NCBI GenBank assembly: GCA_030620115.1
Contig: JAUXFG010000001.1
Location: forward strand, 9,677-73,676
From: Candidatus Fermentibacterota bacterium
GTDB taxonomy: Bacteria; JAFGKV01
Reading direction: 5' to 3'
DNA length: 64,000 bases
Part shown: positions 56,287 through 64,000 of the stretch, one piece after another
Numbering within the stretch: position 1 is the first letter of the stretch
Layout: every line of letters starts with the position of its first letter
Made by a program: the position numbers and the translations under genes
Notes under the pieces: model-generated
The model's database searches: none
What the model was told of the DNA's origin: nothing
The model's input: only the letters and a program-made list of their open reading frames with translations

Positions 56287-56958
56287 CTAAAGATCTGAAT
56301 CGTTGATTTGTGAGTTCTGGACCTGCGAGCCCCAAGAAGGTGACGGACGGGCTTCGAAGAGCGCAGAGGCCGGAGAACCGAGCAGTGAGGTGAGACCCAC
56401 GGCACGGGCGCCTGATTCCAGGAGCCTTGAGAGCCGGGGCCATCGGAGAAGGCGATGCAGCCGGTACGGAAGAATGAGACCCCTGTCTTTCTTGCTGCAA
56501 TAGAAACCGCATGACCGGAACGTGCTGACTACTTCCGAGAGCGAGAATATCCGATGAGGGGGCGGCGCTTCTGGCCCACGAACCAGGCGCCAGATTCGTG
56601 GTTCCAGCGCGGCCAGGGATGGCCGGATTGGAAAATCGATGAGTACTGCGCTCCTGGCCACACGGCAGCACTCAGAGACCATGGCCTCCCAGGATGGCAC
56701 ATGCAGGAGGAGCCTGGAAGCCATGACCAGGTCAAATGAATTATCGGGAAAGGGCAGAGCACACGAATCGCCGAGCACGAGGGGAGAGAGAATGCCAGCG
56801 TTTCTTGAGACTATGAGCATAGGGAGACTACAATCGAGCCCCACAATGAACCGGGGTTTGACCGCAGAGAAAAGTTTTCCAGAGCCGGTTCCAAGGTCGA
56901 GCATAGAAGCGTTTGAGGAGTATCCCGCGGCGAACTCGGCAAAGATAGCTCGCTCCAT
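56287..56958 (-). CDS. class I SAM-dependent methyltransferase
   Basis: Motif I MLDLGTGSGKL, motif II LPFPDNSFDLVMAS. The track ORF (to 57276) would overlap the divergent lipoprotein gene by 230 bp, so the start is taken at the internal Met (MERAIF) and is uncertain. Confidence 0.55.
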   Translation of the reverse strand: MERAIFAEFAAGYSSNASMLDLGTGSGKLFSAVKPRFIVGLDCSLPMLIVSRNAGILSPLVLGDSCALPFPDNSFDLVMASRLLLHVPSWEAMVSECCRVARSAVLIDFPIRPSLAALEPRIWRLVRGPEAPPPHRIFSLSEVVSTFRSCGFYCSKKDRGLILPYRLHRLLRWPRLSRLLESGARAVGLTSLLGSPASALFEARPSPSWGSQVQNSQINDSDL

Positions 56959-57046
56959 CTCAATGAACCATGCTCCTGTTGCACCACCATATCTGTCCTT
57001 GTGGAATGCATCAGCCACGGCCGGGTTTCTATAGTAATCCGGGATT

Positions 57047-58750
57047 TTGTCTTTGTTTACGCTCAAAAGATCCACTCCAGCGAAGAGAAATCTGCTCCTG
57101 AATGTAGGCTCTCTAGCGCTCTGCCTCACGCTTTTTTTTTCCTGTGCATCAACTACCCGGCTCCGAACAGACTCTCCGGAAGAGGATGATCCATATGTGA
57201 GCTTTGTCTTGGGAGCTATGTATGACCAAGCGGGGAGGCCCAATGCGGCGTATCGGGAGTATCTGAAAGCAGCCAAGAGCGGTATTGATGATCCCTATAT
57301 CTGGTACAGGATTGGGGCACTGGCGCTCAGAATGGGAGACATCGAACGATCAGCGCAGGCGTTCGACAGAGCCATCAAGGGTGCGGCACCCCCTGTGGGC
57401 TGGCTTCGTCAGACTGCGACGGTTCAGGGCATGGCAGGAATGCCGCGGGATGCTTTGGACACGTATGGCCGAATCCTGCGTCTTGCACCTGGGGATCAGC
57501 ATGCTTCACTGGCTGCGGCGAAGTTGCTTTTGGGTTTTGGGAAGAGCGACAGTGCAGCGGTGCTCTTGGAGGGGATGATTCCACGGTGGCCGGAGAATAT
57601 CTCGGCGGCGAAAGAGAAGGCGCAGCTTTTGCTGAACGCCCATAGACCTGATCTGGTGGTGGAATGGTGTCGCAGCCACCCGCAGTATGGGAGTGATCGA
57701 CAGGCAGCGTACCTGTGTGCACTGGCCATGGAAGCAACGGGGACCGCTGATTCTGCTGCGGCAACATACGTGAGTTTGGCGGGAGACGCTGGCTGCAGTG
57801 AGCAGCTTCTGACAAGCTGTTTCCAGGGTCTTGTAAGGCTTGGGAGATCGGATGACGCCTATATGGTGGCAAAGGCAGCCTCAAGGTGTGAAGGTCTCGA
57901 GGAAGAATGGGGGCGCCGGGCCGTGCTGATTTTGTTGAGTTCCAACCAGCTTGCGAAGGCTGAGGAGGAATTGGAACGGACATTAAAGAAGGCTCCCAAC
58001 GATTTTTTTGCCCTGGATCTGCTTTCAATGGTGGACATCCAGACCAACCGGCTTGGTCGGGCTCTTTCATTGCTGTCGCGCGCGGTCCAACTGGATCCTC
58101 GCTCCGGCCCATTGCGGAGGAAGTCCGCGGCCCTTCTTGCGGATATGGGAGATGACCGGGGGGCTCTTCTCTTGCTTGGCCGGTGCGTGGATGAGGTTAT
58201 GGATACTACCTGTGCCTTGGCCTTGGCTTCAGCATGGACGGCAGTGGGATTCCCTGAACGTGGGGTGGAGATCACCTCAGCATTCTCCTCCTCGAACAAT
58301 GAGGTGCTATTCCAGCGCGCTGCTTCGTGGGAGCGTTTGGCGTGCGTCGGACGGAGCAGGGAACTGTTTGAGCTGCTTCTGGAACAAGAGCCTGCACATG
58401 ACTCAGCCTGCAACTATCTCGGGTATATGCTCGCTGAGCGGGGCCTGGAGTTGTCGTACGCGAAGTGGCTCATAGAATCCGCACTTGCTGCGGAGCCCAA
58501 GAATCCGTACTACCTGGATAGTCTGGCCTGGGTTTTCTATATGGAAGGCCGCGTGGAGGAGGCCCTTCCTCTCTTGGAACAGGCGCTGGATGTCGCGGGG
58601 GATGAGCCCGAGCTATTGAAACATCTAGGCGAAGTACTCGTTCAGCTAGGTCGCACGGAAGAAGGGTTGGTCTATCTCGAGAAGGGGCTCAGGCTTACGC
58701 CTTGGGATGCGCCGCTGAGACTCCGGATCCGCGAGCTGACGGGGCCATGA
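57047..58750 (+). CDS. TPR-repeat lipoprotein
   Basis: Lipoprotein signal with lipobox (LTLFFSC) followed by about 10 TPR-like helical pairs. Confidence 0.65.
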   Translation: MSLFTLKRSTPAKRNLLLNVGSLALCLTLFFSCASTTRLRTDSPEEDDPYVSFVLGAMYDQAGRPNAAYREYLKAAKSGIDDPYIWYRIGALALRMGDIERSAQAFDRAIKGAAPPVGWLRQTATVQGMAGMPRDALDTYGRILRLAPGDQHASLAAAKLLLGFGKSDSAAVLLEGMIPRWPENISAAKEKAQLLLNAHRPDLVVEWCRSHPQYGSDRQAAYLCALAMEATGTADSAAATYVSLAGDAGCSEQLLTSCFQGLVRLGRSDDAYMVAKAASRCEGLEEEWGRRAVLILLSSNQLAKAEEELERTLKKAPNDFFALDLLSMVDIQTNRLGRALSLLSRAVQLDPRSGPLRRKSAALLADMGDDRGALLLLGRCVDEVMDTTCALALASAWTAVGFPERGVEITSAFSSSNNEVLFQRAASWERLACVGRSRELFELLLEQEPAHDSACNYLGYMLAERGLELSYAKWLIESALAAEPKNPYYLDSLAWVFYMEGRVEEALPLLEQALDVAGDEPELLKHLGEVLVQLGRTEEGLVYLEKGLRLTPWDAPLRLRIRELTGP

Positions 58751-61116
58751 ACAGTCACACGAGAGATGTGCTCGAGCTTCCTCATGTGTTGGGGCTCGTG
58801 GAGCAGTATGTCGTCTCCCCCATAGGGAGGGGGCAATTGCGGAGGCTCAGGCCTTCGCACGCAGCACGGGTGGTGAGCCTTCGGTTGCATCGTACCAAAG
58901 AGGCCTTGCTATTGCTCAGCGCGGGAGACGAACCAAACCTTGAAGAGCTCAAAGATCCCACGCCGGTCTTGCGGAGGGCAAGCGCTGACGCGACGCTTAG
59001 CGGTCCCGAGCTTGTGATCGCGGCGAATCTTCTCGCTGAGTCCAGAAGGCTTCGGGACTTCTTTGCTGCAAGGGAAGAGGTCTGTCCGGTTCTTTCCGCC
59101 ATGTTTTCCCCACGTGAAGTCGGCCCATCCACAGAGGGTGTGAGGCAGGTGTCGGAGAGCGAACGGCTCGAATCCTCCATCTGGCATGCCGTGGAGATTA
59201 CGGGAGAGGTGCGAGACGATGCGAGTCCAAAGCTCGCAGGCATACGTCGCAGGATCGCGCACCTGGAGCAACAGGCTCGTGCCCAAGCCGCATCTATGGC
59301 CACGCTGCCCTCGCTTCGTGAGGTGCTCCAAGAACCGGAAGTTCACTTCAAGGGTGGTCGACCGGTGCTCCCGGTGAAGGTGATGTTCCGTGAGCGCGTG
59401 AAGGGCGTGGTGCGGGATGTCTCGGCCAGTGGGGCGACGCTGTTTATCGAGCCTTTGGACGTAGCGAAGATGAGTGCAAAGCTTGAGAAGCTCAGAAAGG
59501 CCGAAACCAAGGAGGAGCTTCAGATCAGGAAAGCGCTCAGTCTCCGTCTCGGGGGATTGGCGGACTTCATGTCGCGAATGAGGGCGGCCATTGCTCGTAT
59601 AGAGTTGGCATTTGCGGCGGCGAGGTTCGGCCTCTCAAGGGGGGGGTGTTGCGCAGAGCTGTGCAACGATGGGGCCATTTCGCTCAAGAGATTAAGGCAT
59701 CCTCTTCTGGAAGCCGAGTGCATTCCAATGAGTCTCGATCTCAACGAGTCGAGGAGAACAGTGTTGGTGACAGGCCCGAACACCGGGGGGAAGACGGTTG
59801 CGCTGAAGAATATCGGCCTGGCGGTTCTCATGACCGCGTGTGGCCTTCCGGTTTTGGCGGATGAGGGGACACAGATTCCGGTATTCAGGGATGTATTGGT
59901 GGACATAGGCGATGAGCAATCGATTGAGCAGTCATTGAGTACCTTCAGCGGCCACATGGCCAATACGGTGGCTGTCATGCAACGATTCGCGGAGTTGGAT
60001 CGAGGGTACTGTCTTGTGTTGCTGGATGAGATGGGCGCAGGCACCGATCCGGAAGAGGGCCAGGCCTTGGGTTGCGCCATCCTTGAATGGCTTCATGATG
60101 CAGGTCTTGGGAAGGCCAGAATATTGGCGACGAGCCATTTTGCGGGACTCAAAGAGGTGGCGGCTACCACCGATGGAATGGCAAATGCGCGGATGCAATT
60201 CGATCCGGAGACTCTTCGCCCCACATTCGAGCTGAAGATGGGCGCATCAGGAGCCTCGCAGGCATTTCCCGTTGCCGCGCGTCTTGGTCTGGAGCCCGGA
60301 GTATTGGCTCGTGCCAGTGCCTTTCTCGGGCCGGACCGCGTGCAGCTTAGGGAGCTTCTCGCCTTGGTGGAGCGTGAACGGGCAGTGGTGAGAAACAAGG
60401 AAGAGGAGCTGAGATCCGGTGAAATATCTCTTGAGCAGCGCCGGGAGGAGTTTGAGATACAGGCGCGAGAGAAGCTCACCCAAGCGAATAGGCAGCGTGA
60501 GGAGTTCAGGAAAGAGGCGTTGGATCTGCTCTCCGAGTCGAGGCGGAAGTTAAAGAAAGCCCGTAAGGGAGAAGACATGCGCGCGACCCAAAGACGGCAC
60601 GTGGAGCTTGACCACTCACTCTCATCTCTCGCCAAGGCCCCTGGCGCAGACGAGGAACCACTCCAACCGGTTGCCGAAGTGGAGGCTGGACAGCACGTGG
60701 TGGTCAAAGACATTGGTGAGGGAGTTCTTGTTGAATTGAATGAGGAGGAGGGGACGGGAGTAGTTGCGATCAGGGGGTTCCAGGTGGAAGTTTCCCTGAC
60801 ACGAATCAAGCTCGGATCGGGAAAGAAACCGATCCAAGGGCATGTGGATCTTTTGGCATCCACCGATGATGCCTTTGGTCTGGAACTGAAACTCCTCGGT
60901 ATGCGAGCCGAAGAGGCGCGGGACGAAGTGGAGAAGTATCTTGACCGGGCTGGTCTTGCAGGGCTTTCCCAGATCAGGATTGTGCACGGGATGGGAAAGG
61001 GAGTACTGCGTGAGGTGGTACGCACCATGTTGACGGGCCACCCTCTGGTGAAGCGATTCAGGAACGCGAAAGCAGAAGAAGGGGGCAGTGGAGCCACTGT
61101 CGTCTATCTCGAGTAA
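58747..61116 (+). CDS. mutS2: endonuclease MutS2 (MutS domain plus C-terminal Smr)
   Basis: Walker A VTGPNTGGKTVALK, signature LVLLDEMGAGTDP, and a C-terminal Smr domain (IRIVHGMGKGVLREVVRTML). ATGA overlap with the upstream stop. Confidence 0.9.
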   Translation: MNSHTRDVLELPHVLGLVEQYVVSPIGRGQLRRLRPSHAARVVSLRLHRTKEALLLLSAGDEPNLEELKDPTPVLRRASADATLSGPELVIAANLLAESRRLRDFFAAREEVCPVLSAMFSPREVGPSTEGVRQVSESERLESSIWHAVEITGEVRDDASPKLAGIRRRIAHLEQQARAQAASMATLPSLREVLQEPEVHFKGGRPVLPVKVMFRERVKGVVRDVSASGATLFIEPLDVAKMSAKLEKLRKAETKEELQIRKALSLRLGGLADFMSRMRAAIARIELAFAAARFGLSRGGCCAELCNDGAISLKRLRHPLLEAECIPMSLDLNESRRTVLVTGPNTGGKTVALKNIGLAVLMTACGLPVLADEGTQIPVFRDVLVDIGDEQSIEQSLSTFSGHMANTVAVMQRFAELDRGYCLVLLDEMGAGTDPEEGQALGCAILEWLHDAGLGKARILATSHFAGLKEVAATTDGMANARMQFDPETLRPTFELKMGASGASQAFPVAARLGLEPGVLARASAFLGPDRVQLRELLALVERERAVVRNKEEELRSGEISLEQRREEFEIQAREKLTQANRQREEFRKEALDLLSESRRKLKKARKGEDMRATQRRHVELDHSLSSLAKAPGADEEPLQPVAEVEAGQHVVVKDIGEGVLVELNEEEGTGVVAIRGFQVEVSLTRIKLGSGKKPIQGHVDLLASTDDAFGLELKLLGMRAEEARDEVEKYLDRAGLAGLSQIRIVHGMGKGVLREVVRTMLTGHPLVKRFRNAKAEEGGSGATVVYLE

Positions 61117-61187
61117 CCAGCGAGGAGCGTAGGTGCTGAAGGCGGGGCCATCCACGCCGAATCGTGGGATGTCCATGGAAAGGTGAG

Positions 61188-61664
61188 ATGATGGAAAGCT
61201 GTTACAGAGGGCTCTTCTTCGAAGAGTTTGAGCAGGGAAGATCGTTTGGGACACAGGGGAGAACGATAACAGAGGCCGACATAGTGAATTTTGCAGGGCT
61301 CTCCGGGGATTTCAATCCTCTGCATATGGACGAGGAGTTCGCGCAGACTACGCCGCACGGGAAACGGATTGCCCACGGTATGCTGAGCGCGTCCATTGCG
61401 TCCGGAATGGCCGCCCAGGCCGGGCTCTTTGATGGAACCGCTCTAGCGCTCATGGCAGTGAATGTGAAGTTCACAGGTGCGGTGTATCCGGGAGACACGA
61501 TACATTTCGTTCTGCAAGTCAGTGGCGCGAAAAAGGCGCCGCAGGGGGACAGTGGGATCGTACAATTAAAAACCCATCTTAAGAACCAGCGGGGCGAGTC
61601 GGTGTCAGAGGGCAAGTGGACGCTGCTCATCAAGACGCGGTCGTGGCAACCGACACAGGAGTGA
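61188..61664 (+). CDS. MaoC-like (R)-specific enoyl-CoA hydratase / hot-dog fold dehydratase
   Basis: DIVNFAGLSGDFNPLHMDEEFAQTTPHGKRIAHGML hot-dog signature. Confidence 0.75.
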   Translation: MMESCYRGLFFEEFEQGRSFGTQGRTITEADIVNFAGLSGDFNPLHMDEEFAQTTPHGKRIAHGMLSASIASGMAAQAGLFDGTALALMAVNVKFTGAVYPGDTIHFVLQVSGAKKAPQGDSGIVQLKTHLKNQRGESVSEGKWTLLIKTRSWQPTQE

Positions 61665-61668
61665 AGAG

Positions 61669-62682
61669 ATGAACGTACTCGTCACAGGAGGGGCCGGTTT
61701 CATCGGCTCGAACTTCGTGCGACTGCTTCTTCACCAACGGCCTGATTGGCGCGTCACGGTCCTTGATAAGCTGACCTACGCAGGAAATCCGGCAAACCTC
61801 GACGATCTCAAGACGTCATCGCGATTCACCTTCTACAAAGGCGATATCTGTGATGGTTCGTTGATGGAGAAACTCATTCCCCCGCAAGATGCCGTGGTGA
61901 ACTTCGCTGCTGAGACCCATGTGGATCGATCATTGACAGGGGCAGATGATTTCTTAAGAACCGCAGTGTTGGGTACCAACACCATGCTCGAGATCATCCA
62001 GCGCCATCCCGCCATCAGATATATCCAGATCTCGACAGACGAGGTATATGGAAGCCTCGAAGAGGGAAGCGCCACCGAGGCATCCCCCCTGGTCCCACGG
62101 AATCCATATTCCGCCAGCAAGGCCGGGGGCGACTTACTGGCATTGAGCTACAAGGAAAGCTTTGGTCTTGATGTCCTCATTACCAGGAGTTCGAACAACT
62201 TCGGACCGTATCAGTATCCCGAAAAGGTGATGCCCCTATTTATCACCAATCTCCTTGAAGGCAAGCCGGTGCCGCTGTATGGAGACGGGCTCAATATACG
62301 CGATTGGCTGTTTGTTGAAGACAATTGTCATGCAATACTCACGGTACTGGAACATGGCGCTTCCGGACATATCTATAATATCGGTGCAGGCAACGAGATG
62401 CCGAACATCACGGTGACGAAGATGATCCTGGAGGCGCTCAACCAGCCTGAGAGCATGATACGTATGGTTGAAGACCGACCAGGGCATGATCGGCGGTACA
62501 GTCTTGTTTCGGATAAGATGCGTTTGCTTGGGTGGAAACCAGAGGCCGCCTTCCGTGATCAACTGGAGGCAACGGTGGCGTGGTATCGCGAGAATCCCGT
62601 ATGGTGGGAATCGCTCAAGAGTGGTGCGTTCAAGGAGTACTATCGCAAGATGTACGAGGAACGCAAAGGGTACTATGAGTAG
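61669..62682 (+). CDS. rfbB: dTDP-glucose 4,6-dehydratase
   Basis: NAD-binding VLVTGGAGFIGSNFV, catalytic YSASKAGGD, and the typical C-terminal ENPVWWE. Confidence 0.9.
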   Translation: MNVLVTGGAGFIGSNFVRLLLHQRPDWRVTVLDKLTYAGNPANLDDLKTSSRFTFYKGDICDGSLMEKLIPPQDAVVNFAAETHVDRSLTGADDFLRTAVLGTNTMLEIIQRHPAIRYIQISTDEVYGSLEEGSATEASPLVPRNPYSASKAGGDLLALSYKESFGLDVLITRSSNNFGPYQYPEKVMPLFITNLLEGKPVPLYGDGLNIRDWLFVEDNCHAILTVLEHGASGHIYNIGAGNEMPNITVTKMILEALNQPESMIRMVEDRPGHDRRYSLVSDKMRLLGWKPEAAFRDQLEATVAWYRENPVWWESLKSGAFKEYYRKMYEERKGYYE

Positions 62683-62711
62683 CGTTTTGATACCAGGGAA
62701 GGGGAAAAATC

Positions 62712-63377
62712 TTGCGTAGGCAAGATCATTTCGTCGCTATTGCGGGCAACATCGGGGTGGGGAAAACACGCCTCACGACTGAGCTCTCCCGCCTTCTGGG
62801 ATGGGTGCCATACTTTGAGCCGGTGGACGTGAATCCCTATCTTGATGATTTCTATCGTGATATGCCGCGCTGGAGTTTTCACCTCCAGGTATATTTTCTC
62901 TCCAAGCGTTTCATGATGCACAAGGAGCTTGTGGAGAACGGTGTGCCATGCGTCCAGGATAGATCCATCTATGAGGATGCCGAAATATTCGCTCGCATCC
63001 TCCACTCCTCAGGGCAGATGGACGACAGGGATTTCGAGAACTACTTGGATCTCTACAAGGTGATGACCTTATACCTGCGTCCACCGGATCTGATCATCTG
63101 TCTGCGGGCAACGGTGGATACTCTTGTTGAAAGGATATCCCAGCGTGGCAGAGACTGCGAGAAGGAGATTCCCCGGGCGTATCTCGAGACCCTGAACGAT
63201 GCCTACGAGGCATGGTGGGAGCGGGCCGGGCAACTGACGCAGCTCCTCCAAGTCGATACTGAGACCGTGGATCTGCTCTCTGAGGATGCCATGAGAGATC
63301 TGGTAGAGGAGGTGGCGCTCCGCGTGGGCTATCAGATGGAGTTGCCCCTGGGCGAACCGGGGCTTGCCCCAGACTGA
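62712..63377 (+). CDS. deoxynucleoside kinase (dAK/dGK/dCK family)
   Basis: P-loop AIAGNIGVGKTRL, an ERS-like motif (VQDRSIYED), and a LID region. Confidence 0.8.
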   Translation: MRRQDHFVAIAGNIGVGKTRLTTELSRLLGWVPYFEPVDVNPYLDDFYRDMPRWSFHLQVYFLSKRFMMHKELVENGVPCVQDRSIYEDAEIFARILHSSGQMDDRDFENYLDLYKVMTLYLRPPDLIICLRATVDTLVERISQRGRDCEKEIPRAYLETLNDAYEAWWERAGQLTQLLQVDTETVDLLSEDAMRDLVEEVALRVGYQMELPLGEPGLAPD

Positions 63378-63426
63378 ACACTGAAACCTCAAGATCTGTG
63401 AACGGCTACCCGGGATGGAAGGATCC

Positions 63427-64000
63427 ATGAAGAAGAATAAGAACCTGATGAGCCCATTGGGCCTCATTCTAGGGTTCCTGCGGCCCTATGTCCCTCGCCT
63501 TGTTCTTTCATTGCTCTGCCTGGCGGTTTTCTCGGTCTTGAGTGGCGTTACCATCGGTATGATTTCACCATTCGCCAAGGCATTGTTTCAACCGGAGAGT
63601 ATGGTGCAGTCTCCCGCGGAAGCCGGCGGGGTTGCAGTGGATGATGCCGCGTTGGTGAAGGCTCGAGGTTGGGCTGAATCGATAAGAAGCTGGGGGATGA
63701 GCCAGATCACCGGCGAAACGCCCTATGAGACCCTCCAACGAATCTGTGTGGCCGTACTCATCATTTTCCTCCTAAAGGCTCTCTTTTGGTACGCACAGGC
63801 CTACCTTTTCGCCACCGTGGAACAGGGCCTCATGAAGGACATCAGGGAGGCGCTCTACCGTCAGCTTCATAGCCTCTCCCTTTCCTTCTTCCATACCAGC
63901 CGGACTGGGGATCTTGTCTCCAGGATTACCAATGATGTGATGCTGGTTCGCGGTATGGTTCGCGCCATTGCAAAGGATTTCCTGCGCAAGGGGATGGAGC
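63427..64000 (+). CDS. ABC exporter, fused permease/ATPase (MsbA-like); N-terminal part only, continues beyond the window
   Basis: Open frame from ATG 63427 to the window end with ABC type-I exporter TM helices (LVLSLLCLAVFSVLSGVTIGMISPF...). Confidence 0.7.
   Translation, partial: MKKNKNLMSPLGLILGFLRPYVPRLVLSLLCLAVFSVLSGVTIGMISPFAKALFQPESMVQSPAEAGGVAVDDAALVKARGWAESIRSWGMSQITGETPYETLQRICVAVLIIFLLKALFWYAQAYLFATVEQGLMKDIREALYRQLHSLSLSFFHTSRTGDLVSRITNDVMLVRGMVRAIAKDFLRKGME

Noticed and set aside
60093-61097. 334-aa - strand Ser/Arg-rich ORF
   Set aside because: Antisense to mutS2, with a compositional artefact typical of the reverse frame of a GC-rich CDS.

Overview
GC-rich (~60%) bacterial chromosomal segment. 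The dominant feature is a 2,121-aa peptidase C25 (gingipain-like) protein with CARDB-type repeats and a C-terminal FlgD-Ig/T9SS-like sorting tail, which suggests an FCB-affiliated or candidate-phylum lineage (inference). The left two-thirds (about 1-23 kb) is mostly housekeeping: a relic IS1634-family transposase next to tonB, an NSS-family Na+ symporter, surE-pcm-dedA bracketed by two tRNA-Pro genes, a LOG-like protein, acyP, apt, tRNA-Arg, rpmB-rpsR, tRNA-Val, infC-rpmI-rplT, zapB-like-zapA, a candidate 6S RNA, rny, xseA-xseB-ispA-dxs-nadK-recN, and a NYN / HATPase anti-sigma-like / CpsB tyrosine-phosphatase cluster. The right part (about 24-64 kb) is accessory-like and envelope- or glycan-oriented. 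It holds three paralogous membrane-anchored SGNH hydrolases around a GT-C (PMT/ArnT-like) glycosyltransferase, a transglutaminase-like/TPR secreted protein, a CHASE2-adenylate cyclase, an AlkP-superfamily protein, two GT4 glycosyltransferases, the giant C25 protein, a PtsN-like EIIA, and a CbcL-like 7-heme cytochrome c fused to a membrane b-type domain. Further genes there are a Host_attach/baeRF-like protein, a Wzx-like flippase, a FemAB-like acyltransferase, a parvulin PPIase, a methyltransferase, a TPR lipoprotein, mutS2, a MaoC dehydratase, rfbB, a deoxynucleoside kinase and a partial ABC exporter. Two interspersed palindromic repeat families (MITE/REP-like) and several tandem octamer arrays fill many intergenic regions and generate spurious ORFs. 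No CRISPR array, restriction system or prophage was recognised.
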